From Escherichia phage vB_EcoM_JE01, in sequence record PQ471460.1: DNA of 64,000 nt; one strand, written 5' to 3'. Each line of letters opens with the position of its first letter. The stretch's first letter is position 1. Positions 47,005 through 56,008 of this stretch are shown piece by piece. The position numbers and the translations under genes are program-made. The notes beneath the pieces were generated by a model, which saw only the letters and a list, made by a program, of their open reading frames with translations, was not told where the DNA came from and ran no database searches.

Positions 47005-47751
47005 ATGAAACTGTCTAAAAATCAAATTCGTAAAATTACACGTCGTCTAGAGCATACTCAGGCATCTGCTAAAAGACGTTCTAAAGATTTTAACTTAGAC
47101 TTCAATTACATTAAGAACATTTTAGATCAGAAAGTTTGCGCTTACTCGGGAGAACCTTTTGATAATCATATTGAAGGAGAGAAATTATCATTAGAACGTT
47201 TTGATAATAACGTTGGATACATTAAAGGGAATGTTATTGCAGTAAAGAAAAAGTATAATACATTTCGTTCTGATTATACTTTAGAAGAGTTGATTGAAAA
47301 GCGTGATTTATTTGCTTTGCGAATTGGTCGTTCATCTGCGAAAAAAGTTCATAAACTAAATTTAGATGAAAAGAAATGGGCTAAAATCAAAAAGACTTAT
47401 AATCAAATTAAAGCTATACAGAAAAAACGCGAAAACCGAATTGAGCACATTTCTCAGCTTTCTAAATCAAAACAAACCTCTGACGTTAAGCTAACGATTA
47501 TAGCACTTAAAGCTCGTATTGATGGTTCTCGTATAGCAGAAGGCGCTGAAGTTGTTAAACTAAACGTTCTTCTTAAAGGCTCGGATTGGAAAACTGTGAA
47601 AAAATTGTCAGAAGCAGAAATGCAATATGATATGTGTGATAAAATTATTCAAGGTGTAGAGCGGTATCAAAACTTGTCTTTTATTGATAAACTTAAACTG
47701 AAAAGAGGATACCCGCTAAATTGTTCAATTTTTAAACTTATCCGAGGATAA
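47005..47751 (+). CDS. srd: Srd-like protein (putative)
   Basis: 248-aa basic ORF at the srd position between modA and dda; assignment by size and synteny only. Confidence 0.45.
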   Translation: MKLSKNQIRKITRRLEHTQASAKRRSKDFNLDFNYIKNILDQKVCAYSGEPFDNHIEGEKLSLERFDNNVGYIKGNVIAVKKKYNTFRSDYTLEELIEKRDLFALRIGRSSAKKVHKLNLDEKKWAKIKKTYNQIKAIQKKRENRIEHISQLSKSKQTSDVKLTIIALKARIDGSRIAEGAEVVKLNVLLKGSDWKTVKKLSEAEMQYDMCDKIIQGVERYQNLSFIDKLKLKRGYPLNCSIFKLIRG

Positions 47752-47752
47752 T

Positions 47753-48064
47753 ATGTTTTATGTATATGCGATAGTGTATAGAGATAAAGATGGATTTGCG
47801 GTGCCTGTTCCGCTTGATGAACATCGTCCTGCTGTATTTTTTGAAAGGGAGATTGCTGATAAAGTATTTACTACTCTTAAAGAGCAGTATCAACTAGCTT
47901 TAGGTATGGGAATTCCGAGATTAGTTGAGACTCCACGCAAGTTTTGGTTTAATAAAATAGAAGTTAAACACGTTAAGCCTGATGTAGACACACAAAGATT
48001 ATATCGGCGAATTTTAGATACTGGGCGTATTGTTAGTATACCAATTGCAGGGAATTTACGATGA
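47753..48064 (+). CDS. hypothetical protein (dda.1 position)
   Basis: 103-aa ORF. Confidence 0.55.
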   Translation: MFYVYAIVYRDKDGFAVPVPLDEHRPAVFFEREIADKVFTTLKEQYQLALGMGIPRLVETPRKFWFNKIEVKHVKPDVDTQRLYRRILDTGRIVSIPIAGNLR

Positions 48065-49380
48065 CATTTGATGATTTGACCGAAGGCCAGAAAAATGCCT
48101 TTAACATCGTTATGAGGGCTATTAAAGAAAAGAAACATCATGTAACTATTAATGGACCTGCTGGTACTGGTAAGACTACTCTTACTAAGTTCATCATTGA
48201 AGCTTTAATATCTACGGGCGAAACTGGAATTATTTTAGCAGCTCCTACACATGCAGCTAAAAAGATTCTTTCAAAACTATCAGGGAAAGAAGCGAGTACT
48301 ATTCACAGTATTCTTAAAATTAACCCAGTAACATACGAAGAAAACGTTCTTTTTGAACAAAAAGAAGTACCGGATTTAGCTAAATGCAGAGTATTAATCT
48401 GCGACGAAGTATCAATGTATGATAGAAAGCTATTTAAAATTCTGCTTTCAACTATTCCACCTTGGTGTACTATAATTGGAATAGGCGATAATAAGCAAAT
48501 TAGACCTGTTGACCCAGGAGAAAACATTGCTTATATCAGTCCATTCTTTACGCACAAAGATTTTTATCAATGTGAACTCACTGAAGTTAAACGCAGTAAT
48601 GCTCCTATTATTGATGTAGCTACTGATGTTCGCAACGGTAAGTGGATTTATGATAAAATTGTTGACGGGCATGGAGTACGTGGATTTACTGGTGATACCG
48701 CTTTACGCGATTTTATGGTAAATTATTTTTCAATCGTCAAATCGCTAGATGATTTGTTTGAAAATCGCGTAATGGCATTTACGAATAAATCTGTTGATAA
48801 GTTAAATAGCATTATTCGCAAAAAGATTTTTGAAACTGATAAAGATTTTATCGTTGGTGAAATTATTGTAATGCAGGAACCATTAATTAAAACATATAAA
48901 ATTGATGGAAAGCCTGTGTCAGAAATTATTTTTAATAATGGACAATTAGTTCGTATTATAGAAGCAGAGTATACATCAACATTTGTTAAAGCTCGTGGTG
49001 TTTCTGGAGAATATCTAATTCGTCATTGGGATTTAACAGTAGAAACTTACGGCGATGATGAATATTATCGTGAAAAGATTAAAATAATTTCATCTGATGA
49101 AGAGCTGTATAAGTTTAACCTATTTTTAGGTAAAACGGCAGAAACGTATAAAAATTGGAATAAAGGTGGAAAAGCTCCGTGGAGTGATTTTTGGGATGCT
49201 AAATCACAGTTTAGTAAAGTGAAAGCACTTCCTGCATCAACATTTCACAAAGCTCAGGGCATGTCTGTAGACCGTGCTTTCATCTATACACCTTGTATTC
49301 ATTATGCAGATGCTGAATTGGCTCAGCAGCTTCTTTATGTTGGTGTCACTCGTGGTCGTTATGATGTGTTTTATGTGTGA
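48061..49380 (+). CDS. dda: DNA helicase Dda (SF1B)
   Basis: 439 aa; Walker A GPAGTGKTT; MTFDDLTEGQKNAFNIVMRAIKEKKHHVTINGPAGTGKTTL... Confidence 0.95.
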   Translation: MTFDDLTEGQKNAFNIVMRAIKEKKHHVTINGPAGTGKTTLTKFIIEALISTGETGIILAAPTHAAKKILSKLSGKEASTIHSILKINPVTYEENVLFEQKEVPDLAKCRVLICDEVSMYDRKLFKILLSTIPPWCTIIGIGDNKQIRPVDPGENIAYISPFFTHKDFYQCELTEVKRSNAPIIDVATDVRNGKWIYDKIVDGHGVRGFTGDTALRDFMVNYFSIVKSLDDLFENRVMAFTNKSVDKLNSIIRKKIFETDKDFIVGEIIVMQEPLIKTYKIDGKPVSEIIFNNGQLVRIIEAEYTSTFVKARGVSGEYLIRHWDLTVETYGDDEYYREKIKIISSDEELYKFNLFLGKTAETYKNWNKGGKAPWSDFWDAKSQFSKVKALPASTFHKAQGMSVDRAFIYTPCIHYADAELAQQLLYVGVTRGRYDVFYV

Positions 49381-49386
49381 GGATAT

Positions 49387-49647
49387 ATGATTAACATCAA
49401 TTCAAAATATTTAAATCGTCTAATAGATGGTATAAAGAAGCATACTGATAAGCAAGATAACCTCAGTGTTATGATAACAGGAGCTGAGCTCCTTTATAAG
49501 CTTAATCTTATAAGTGATACTATACTAGCAATTAAACGAATTGAAAAACAATCATATCATAGTAATACAGACACGGTAATTACGCTAGATGAAAGTGTCT
49601 GTAAGCTGCTGATTAAATTTGAGGAAGCTATTCGTGGAAATAACTAA
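49387..49647 (+). CDS. hypothetical protein
   Basis: 86-aa ORF. Confidence 0.5.
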   Translation: MININSKYLNRLIDGIKKHTDKQDNLSVMITGAELLYKLNLISDTILAIKRIEKQSYHSNTDTVITLDESVCKLLIKFEEAIRGNN

Positions 49648-49879
49648 AGATCAGTTTTATCTTCTTCAAGATAAAGTAAGCGAAATTTATGAAATATCTT
49701 ATAGTAAAAATTATGAAACTGTAAAAATTGAGTCTAGTAAGTTAATGCTTCAATTGGAAGAAATTGAACGAGATTTGACTGCGTTAGAATTCTTTTGCGG
49801 TAGAGTGAAAACTGTCACAATCAGTGATTATATTTTAGGTGAAATTAGCCATCTTTATAAGGCGATTATTAATGTTTGA
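49619..49879 (+). CDS. hypothetical protein (start uncertain)
   Basis: 86-aa ORF overlapping neighbours. Confidence 0.4.
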   Translation: MRKLFVEITKDQFYLLQDKVSEIYEISYSKNYETVKIESSKLMLQLEEIERDLTALEFFCGRVKTVTISDYILGEISHLYKAIINV

Positions 49880-50555
49880 TTTTATTATAGATTTTGAAAC
49901 AATGGGAAGCGGTGAAAAGGCAGCTGTTATTGATTTGGCTGTTATTGCCTTTGACCCTAATCCAGAAGTAGTTGAAACATTTGATGAATTAGTTTCACGT
50001 GGCATTAAAATCAAATTTGATTTAAAAAGTCAAAAAGGACATCGTCTTTTTACTAAAAGCACTATCGAATGGTGGAAAAATCAATCTCCTGAAGCTCGAA
50101 AAAATATTGCGCCATCAGATGAAGATGTAAGCACTATCGATGGTATTGCAAAATTTAATGATTACATCAATGCGCATAATATCGATCCTTGGAAATCTCA
50201 GGGCTGGTGCCGTGGAATGTCGTTTGATTTTCCAATTTTAGTTGATCTCATTCGCGATATTCAACGTCTTAACGGCGTTTCCGAGAATGAGCTTGACACA
50301 TTTAAGTTAGAACCTTGTAAATTCTGGAATCAGCGTGATATTCGTACCAGAATTGAAGCACTTCTGCTTGTTCGTGATATGACCACGTGTCCTCTTCCAA
50401 AAGGAACTTTAGATGGATTCGTTGCACATGATTCTATTCATGACTGTGCGAAAGACATCCTGATGATGAAGTATGCTTTGCGATATGCTATGGGTCTTGA
50501 AGACGCTCCGTCAGAGGAAGAGTGCGATCCTCTATCTCTTCCAACAAAACGATAA
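49872..50555 (+). CDS. dexA: exonuclease A (DnaQ-like 3'-5' exonuclease)
   Basis: 227 aa from MFDFIIDFETMGSGEKAAVIDLAVIAF...; DEDD-type motif. Confidence 0.9.
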   Translation: MFDFIIDFETMGSGEKAAVIDLAVIAFDPNPEVVETFDELVSRGIKIKFDLKSQKGHRLFTKSTIEWWKNQSPEARKNIAPSDEDVSTIDGIAKFNDYINAHNIDPWKSQGWCRGMSFDFPILVDLIRDIQRLNGVSENELDTFKLEPCKFWNQRDIRTRIEALLLVRDMTTCPLPKGTLDGFVAHDSIHDCAKDILMMKYALRYAMGLEDAPSEEECDPLSLPTKR

Positions 50556-50561
50556 AAAGTT

Positions 50562-50591
50562 GTTTACTTCCTCGGTTAGTTGTGGTATTAT
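50562..50591 (+). promoter_or_regulatory. T4-type early promoter
   Basis: GTTTAC, 18 nt, TGGTATTAT. Confidence 0.55.
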
Positions 50592-50618
50592 AACACCATA
50601 GCTACTGAGGATAATAAA

Positions 50619-51119
50619 ATGAAAATTTATCGTGTTGAATCATCGTTTAGTATTCTTGATTATGAAGATGCTATAACAATACGTCGAAATCTTTGTGTTC
50701 AAATAACGCCGTACAGGAGTATAATAGATTCATGGAGCGAAGAGTGGCTATTACACGTAGGTTATGACAGACCTAATTTTATGCATCATAGCGATAATAA
50801 TAAAAGAATTCCTTTACCACACGAAGATAAATTATTAGTTAAAAACGCTAATATAGTAATTAATACTAAGTTCAAGAAAGATTATGTTGGAGTAGAATAT
50901 CATATTCCAGGATGGTTTATAGCTCTTTATCATTTTGCTTTCGCTAGTGAATATGATATGATGAGATGGTTCACACGAGAAGAGCGTGAAGAATTATCTT
51001 CTAAAGGATTTTATCTTGCTGTATACGAAGTTCCTGAAGATGAAGTTATCATTGGCGGGCACCAAGTAATGTTCCGCAAATCGCATGCTGAACTCATAGA
51101 TTTTATTGAAATGAGATAA
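50619..51119 (+). CDS. hypothetical protein
   Basis: 166-aa ORF; SD GAGGATAA. Confidence 0.55.
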   Translation: MKIYRVESSFSILDYEDAITIRRNLCVQITPYRSIIDSWSEEWLLHVGYDRPNFMHHSDNNKRIPLPHEDKLLVKNANIVINTKFKKDYVGVEYHIPGWFIALYHFAFASEYDMMRWFTREEREELSSKGFYLAVYEVPEDEVIIGGHQVMFRKSHAELIDFIEMR

Positions 51120-51121
51120 TT

Positions 51122-51655
51122 ATGAAATTTAATTATAATCCTGAATACACACCAAATCCGGTAGCTAAACTGATTGATTTTGATGTTGTAAGCACTTATG
51201 TATGCCCTGTTAAACCACTGGAAATTAAGGAACCTACTATGACTACCGCTATTGAAATCGGCAAAACCTACAAACTAGTTGAACCTGAAATTAAAACTAA
51301 TGCCTTGATTTCCGGCTATAAAACTTTGACTGATGTTTTTGGCGAAGGCGAATTTACTGTTGAAGACTTTGGAAAAAGTAAATGGTTTACTAAATCTTAT
51401 ATTGTCCACGGTCGTCGTTTAGACAATAACAAAATAGAGAAAATCCTGGTTTATGAAGCAGAGTTCATCCTCTTTCAAGAATGCGATCCTACTGACCTTT
51501 TGACTCGTGCGGTAGCTATCAAGACTCCATTTATTTCGGTCTGTGGTTGGGTAACAGACCAGTGGATTGAAGATGGTGTTGAGCTTCTGAACGTTGTTCA
51601 TGCAGGTGATTTTAGTGTAGTACCTCGTAGTGCGGTGGTAGCTATTTTAAATTAA
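51122..51655 (+). CDS. hypothetical protein, paralog of 51732-52229
   Basis: 177 aa; shared C-terminal motif TDQW(I/V)EDGV(E/K)L-N-V. Confidence 0.6.
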   Translation: MKFNYNPEYTPNPVAKLIDFDVVSTYVCPVKPLEIKEPTMTTAIEIGKTYKLVEPEIKTNALISGYKTLTDVFGEGEFTVEDFGKSKWFTKSYIVHGRRLDNNKIEKILVYEAEFILFQECDPTDLLTRAVAIKTPFISVCGWVTDQWIEDGVELLNVVHAGDFSVVPRSAVVAILN

Positions 51656-51657
51656 TA

Positions 51658-51693
51658 GTTTACAAACTCTTGGGACCAGAGTATAATGGTCCC
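51658..51693 (+). promoter_or_regulatory. early promoter inside a stem-loop (PeSL-type)
   Basis: GTTTAC, 18 nt, TATAAT; stem gggacca/tggtccc encloses the -10. Confidence 0.6.
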
Positions 51694-51731
51694 GTGGAGT
51701 ATAAAATCTTTTTAACAAGTGAGAGATAAGT

Positions 51732-52229
51732 ATGATTATTAATATTGGTGAATTAGCTCGTGTATCTGATAAATCCCGTTCTAAAGCAGCAGGAAAATTG
51801 GTCGAAATTGTAAGCATTCAGCTTAAACACGGCGTTAAAGATGAAGATTCTGAAGTAAAAGTGCGTATCATTCCTAAAGATGGAAAGTCTAAACCTCAGT
51901 TTGGCTATGTTCGTGCGAAATTTCTTGAATCTGCGTTTTTGAAAGCTGTTCCTGCTAAAGGAATTGAAACGATTGATACTTCGCATGTAGGTGTAGACTT
52001 TAAGTGGAAACTCGGTCAGGCTATTAAGTTCATTGCTCCTTATGAATTCGAATTTACCGAAGATGAGGAAGGGGTTGTTCAAAAACGTCGTACTCGTGCT
52101 ATGTGTGCATACATTACCGATCAATGGGTAGAAGATGGCGTTAAGTTGTACAACGCGGTATTTTTAGGAACATACAAAGTCATTCCTGAAAGTTGGATTA
52201 AACACTATAGCAAAGCTCGCTGTGCATAA
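51732..52229 (+). CDS. hypothetical protein, paralog of 51122-51655
   Basis: 165 aa; shared C-terminal motif. Confidence 0.6.
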   Translation: MIINIGELARVSDKSRSKAAGKLVEIVSIQLKHGVKDEDSEVKVRIIPKDGKSKPQFGYVRAKFLESAFLKAVPAKGIETIDTSHVGVDFKWKLGQAIKFIAPYEFEFTEDEEGVVQKRRTRAMCAYITDQWVEDGVKLYNAVFLGTYKVIPESWIKHYSKARCA

Positions 52230-52260
52230 AGTTTAAATTTTTTCATAAAACTATATACAT

Positions 52261-52299
52261 CAGTAGTTGATTATGGTATTATATCAATATCAACTACTG
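52261..52299 (+). promoter_or_regulatory. stem-loop enclosing an extended -10 (TGGTATTAT)
   Basis: 11-bp stem cagtagttgat/atcaactactg; no clear GTTTAC -35. Confidence 0.45.
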
Positions 52300-52400
52300 A
52301 TACAGAAAACAACTTGGAGAATAAAATGGAAAATTTGCCAAAGGTGCTGCTACTCTTCTGAAACGCATCGCTCCACTGTTCAATTAATGAGGAAATTGTA

Positions 52401-52616
52401 ATGAAACGTAAAACTGTTCAGAAATGCACTAATGACGAATTTGAAGATGTATTATTCGATCCAGATTTGGTAGTGGTTCAAAAGGAACACACCATTAAGT
52501 TTACTCACTTGACTTCGGTTTATGTGTATGAAAAGGTTGGTGATAAACAGCCAATTTACGGTGTATTCCGTGAAATCACTGAAGACGGTACAACTTACTG
52601 GAAGGAAATTTATTAA
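52401..52616 (+). CDS. hypothetical protein
   Basis: 71-aa ORF; SD GAGGAAA. Confidence 0.5.
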   Translation: MKRKTVQKCTNDEFEDVLFDPDLVVVQKEHTIKFTHLTSVYVYEKVGDKQPIYGVFREITEDGTTYWKEIY

Positions 52617-53035
52617 TGGCTATTAGATTTGAAGTTAATAAATGGTATCAATTTAAAAATAAACAAGCTCAAGAAAATTTTATTAAAGACCATATTAATA
52701 ACGGAATTTATGCGCGCCGTTTAGGTATGTATCCTTTTAAAATTTTAGATGTGGACGCTCTTGGGCGTCCTATTAAAATTTTGTCATCTACTGGAAATTT
52801 AGTACTATCTCCTGATAAAGATGTTTTGGATGAAGACTTTATTTGGCTTTCAAAAAGTGAAGCTGGGTTCTTTGATGAAGTTGAAAATCCATATCAGGCT
52901 GCTGAAGAACAAGAGCAGGAAGAGCAAGAACAAATAGAAGATTTCACAGAATTTCCGGTCATGAAAGTTACTATTGAAAATAATGAACAGGCATGGTCCT
53001 TGTATCAGATGTTGAAAGCACATTTTAAGGAATAA
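52616..53035 (+). CDS. hypothetical protein with acidic [10 protein letters not shown] stretch
   Basis: 139-aa ORF. Confidence 0.55.
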   Translation: MAIRFEVNKWYQFKNKQAQENFIKDHINNGIYARRLGMYPFKILDVDALGRPIKILSSTGNLVLSPDKDVLDEDFIWLSKSEAGFFDEVENPYQAAEEQEQEEQEQIEDFTEFPVMKVTIENNEQAWSLYQMLKAHFKE

Positions 53036-53037
53036 TT

Positions 53038-53214
53038 ATGCCAATGTATGATTATAAATGCCAATCCGAAGATTGCGGGCATGAATATGAAAAAATTAAA
53101 AAGATTTCTGAACGAGAAAATGATGTTTGCCCTAAATGTCATCGTTTGTCTACTCGTCGGCCTTCTGCTCCTAAGCATGTGAATGGTGGATTTTACGACT
53201 TACTTAAAGGGTGA
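53038..53214 (+). CDS. small zinc-ribbon protein (FmdB-like)
   Basis: 58 aa; MPMYDYKCQSEDCGHEYE...CPKCH: CxxC-x17-CxxC. Confidence 0.5.
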   Translation: MPMYDYKCQSEDCGHEYEKIKKISERENDVCPKCHRLSTRRPSAPKHVNGGFYDLLKG

Positions 53215-53216
53215 TT

Positions 53217-53588
53217 ATGTTTAAAATCGGTAAGAAATATCGTGTTCGCGAAGGTGAAGAAAAGAAATATCTACTTTCTTCTATTTATAGGAATGGTTCT
53301 ATTAATGCCGTAATATCTACAAGCGAATTTATCGTTGAAGATATGAAAGGCCATAATGTTACAATGATTAGTACAGCATCTGGAAATGATGGAAAAATTC
53401 TTCACAGTTTTCAGAGTAATGTTCTAATTTATGATGAAGAATTTGACTTCTTCGAAGAAGTTCCTGAAGATTTTGATTTTGAATGCACTATCACTATGAA
53501 ATCTGGCGACCCTCTTTCTTTTACAGTTAAAGATGAAAGAAGTCGCTTGAGAATTATTAGTCTCCTTCAAGCCATTAAATTTGAGTGA
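53217..53588 (+). CDS. hypothetical protein
   Basis: 123-aa ORF. Confidence 0.55.
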   Translation: MFKIGKKYRVREGEEKKYLLSSIYRNGSINAVISTSEFIVEDMKGHNVTMISTASGNDGKILHSFQSNVLIYDEEFDFFEEVPEDFDFECTITMKSGDPLSFTVKDERSRLRIISLLQAIKFE

Positions 53589-53592
53589 AATT

Positions 53593-53853
53593 ATGAAATA
53601 TGTTAATCGTTCTATCGCGGCATTAGTATTAGCAGTATCTTTAGTAGGATGTACTGATGCTGATAATGCAACCAAAGTTTTGTCTTCAAGTGGTTTTACT
53701 AATATTGAAATCACTGGATATAATTGGTTCGGTTGCTCTGAAAATGATTTCCAACACACTGGATTTCGTGCTATTGGACCTACCGGGCAGAAAGTAGAAG
53801 GAACAGTATGTTCTGGTCTATTCTTCAAGGATTCGACTATCCGTTTTAAATAA
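53593..53853 (+). CDS. predicted lipoprotein
   Basis: 86 aa; signal peptide with lipobox LVGC. Confidence 0.55.
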   Translation: MKYVNRSIAALVLAVSLVGCTDADNATKVLSSSGFTNIEITGYNWFGCSENDFQHTGFRAIGPTGQKVEGTVCSGLFFKDSTIRFK

Positions 53854-53854
53854 A

Positions 53855-53868
53855 AGGCCTTCGGGCCT
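53855..53868 (+). terminator. UUCG-tetraloop hairpin
   Basis: aggcc-ttcg-ggcct followed by TTAGCTTTA. Confidence 0.5.
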
Positions 53869-53870
53869 TT

Positions 53871-53895
53871 AGCTTTATGATTACCGGAGTATAAT
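53871..53895 (+). promoter_or_regulatory. candidate middle promoter for gene 39
   Basis: AGCTTTA MotA-like box, 12 nt, TATAAT. Confidence 0.5.
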
Positions 53896-53922
53896 ATTCC
53901 CGAAACCAAACGAGGATAAGTG

Positions 53923-55740
53923 ATGATTAAGAATGAAATTAAAATTCTGAGCGATATTGAACATATCAAAAAGCGTAGCGGCATGTATATTGGCTCTTCT
54001 GCTAATGAAATGCATGAGCGCTTTCTGTTTGGTAAATGGGAAAGTGTTCAGTATGTACCTGGTCTTGTTAAGCTTATTGATGAAATTATTGATAACTCAG
54101 TAGATGAAGGTATTCGTACTAAGTTTAAATTCGCAAATAAAATTAATGTTACTATCAAAAACAATCAAGTAACAGTTGAAGATAACGGTCGTGGTATTCC
54201 ACAGGCGATGGTTAAAACACCTACCGGTGAAGAAATTCCTGGTCCTGTTGCTGCATGGACTATTCCAAAAGCAGGTGGTAACTTTGGTGATGATAAAGAA
54301 CGCGTCACTGGCGGTATGAACGGTGTTGGTTCTAGTTTAACTAACATTTTTTCTGTGATGTTTGTCGGTGAAACTGGCGACGGTCAAAATAATATTGTAG
54401 TTCGCTGCTCGAATGGCATGGAAAATAAATCGTGGGAAGATATTCCTGGAAAATGGAAAGGAACACGTGTTACTTTCATACCTGATTTTATGTCATTTGA
54501 AACTAATGAGCTATCTCAAGTTTATCTTGACATTACACTAGATCGTCTCCAGACACTTGCAGTAGTTTATCCTGATATTCAATTTACCTTTAATGGTAAA
54601 AAGGTTCAGGGTAATTTTAAGAAATATGCACGCCAATATGATGAACATGCTATCGTTCAAGAACAAGAAAATTGTTCTATTGCGGTTGGTCGTTCACCGG
54701 ATGGTTTTCGTCAATTAACATACGTCAATAACATTCATACTAAGAATGGTGGCCATCACATTGACTGCGTTATGGATGATATTTGTGAAGACCTTATTCC
54801 ACAAATCAAACGTAAGTTCAAAATTGATGTAACTAAAGCACGTGTTAAAGAATGTTTGACTATCGTTATGTTTGTTCGTGATATGAAAAACATGCGATTT
54901 GATTCTCAAACTAAAGAGCGTTTGACTTCTCCATTTGGTGAAATTCGTAGTCATATTCAGCTTGATGCTAAAAAGATTTCACGTGCTATTTTAAATAATG
55001 AAGCAATTTTAATGCCAATCATTGAAGCTGCCTTGGCTCGTAAATTGGCGGCAGAAAAAGCAGCAGAAACTAAAGCAGCTAAAAAGGCTTCTAAAGCTAA
55101 GGTTCATAAACATATTAAAGCGAATCTTTGTGGTAAAGATGCTGATACTACTCTTTTCTTGACTGAGGGTGATTCTGCTATTGGATATCTTATTGATGTT
55201 CGTGATAAAGAACTTCATGGTGGTTATCCATTGCGTGGTAAAGTTCTTAACAGTTGGGGCATGTCATATGCTGATATGCTTAAAAACAAAGAACTATTTG
55301 ATATTTGCGCAATCACTAGATTAGTTCTTGGTGAAAAAGCCGAAAACTTGAATTATCATAATATTGCAATTATGACCGATGCTGACCATGATGGTCTAGG
55401 AAGCATTTATCCTTCTCTGCTCGGATTTTTTAGTAATTGGCCAGAATTGTTTGAACAAGGAAGAATTCGCTTTGTCAAAACTCCTGTAATCATCGCTCAG
55501 GTCGGCAAAAAACAAGAATGGTTTTATACAGTCGCTGAATATGAGAGTGCCAAAGATGCTCTACCTAAACATAGCATCCGTTATATTAAAGGACTTGGCT
55601 CTTTGGAAAAATCTGAATATCGTGAGATGATTCAAAATCCAGTATATGATGTTGTTAAACTTCCTGAGAATTGGAAAGAGCTTTTTGAAATGCTCATGGG
55701 AGATAATGCTGACCTTCGTAAAGAATGGATGAGCCAGTAG
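53923..55740 (+). CDS. 39: DNA topoisomerase II large subunit (GyrB-like ATPase), uninterrupted
   Basis: 605-aa continuous ORF (GHKL ATPase + TOPRIM); MIKNEIKILSDIEHIKKRSGMYIGS...; no separate gene 60 and no bypass element. Confidence 0.95.
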   Translation: MIKNEIKILSDIEHIKKRSGMYIGSSANEMHERFLFGKWESVQYVPGLVKLIDEIIDNSVDEGIRTKFKFANKINVTIKNNQVTVEDNGRGIPQAMVKTPTGEEIPGPVAAWTIPKAGGNFGDDKERVTGGMNGVGSSLTNIFSVMFVGETGDGQNNIVVRCSNGMENKSWEDIPGKWKGTRVTFIPDFMSFETNELSQVYLDITLDRLQTLAVVYPDIQFTFNGKKVQGNFKKYARQYDEHAIVQEQENCSIAVGRSPDGFRQLTYVNNIHTKNGGHHIDCVMDDICEDLIPQIKRKFKIDVTKARVKECLTIVMFVRDMKNMRFDSQTKERLTSPFGEIRSHIQLDAKKISRAILNNEAILMPIIEAALARKLAAEKAAETKAAKKASKAKVHKHIKANLCGKDADTTLFLTEGDSAIGYLIDVRDKELHGGYPLRGKVLNSWGMSYADMLKNKELFDICAITRLVLGEKAENLNYHNIAIMTDADHDGLGSIYPSLLGFFSNWPELFEQGRIRFVKTPVIIAQVGKKQEWFYTVAEYESAKDALPKHSIRYIKGLGSLEKSEYREMIQNPVYDVVKLPENWKELFEMLMGDNADLRKEWMSQ

Positions 55741-55769
55741 TTTACTTTACCACAAGGATGTGGTATAAT
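55740..55769 (+). promoter_or_regulatory. T4-type early promoter
   Basis: GTTTAC, 18 nt, TGGTATAAT; copy of the 10495 module. Confidence 0.55.
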
Positions 55770-55794
55770 TAATTGGGCAAATGAGGATATTGAA

Positions 55795-55998
55795 ATGAAA
55801 TCATATAGAGTAAATTTAGAACTTTTTGATAAAGCAGTTCATCGAGAATATAGAATCATTCAACGCTTTTTCGATATGGGAGAAGCCGAAGAGTTTAAAA
55901 ACCGCTTTAAGGATATTAGAGATAAAATTCAATCTGACACCGCAACTAAAGATGAACTACTAGAAGTTGCTGAAGTTATTAAACGCAATATGAATTAA
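55795..55998 (+). CDS. hypothetical protein (rIIA.1 position)
   Basis: 67-aa ORF. Confidence 0.5.
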   Translation: MKSYRVNLELFDKAVHREYRIIQRFFDMGEAEEFKNRFKDIRDKIQSDTATKDELLEVAEVIKRNMN

Positions 55999-56008
55999 TG
56001 AGGAAATT

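Noticed and set aside
53424-53984. 186-aa minus-strand ORF spanning the lipoprotein gene and the start of gene 39
   Set aside because: Fully antisense to two well-supported + strand genes and to the terminator/promoter between them; no RBS; most likely a chance open frame.
53923-55740. Gene 60 translational bypass (hop) element
   Set aside because: Gene 39 reads through as a single ORF; no take-off/landing codon pair with an intervening stop-containing gap was found.
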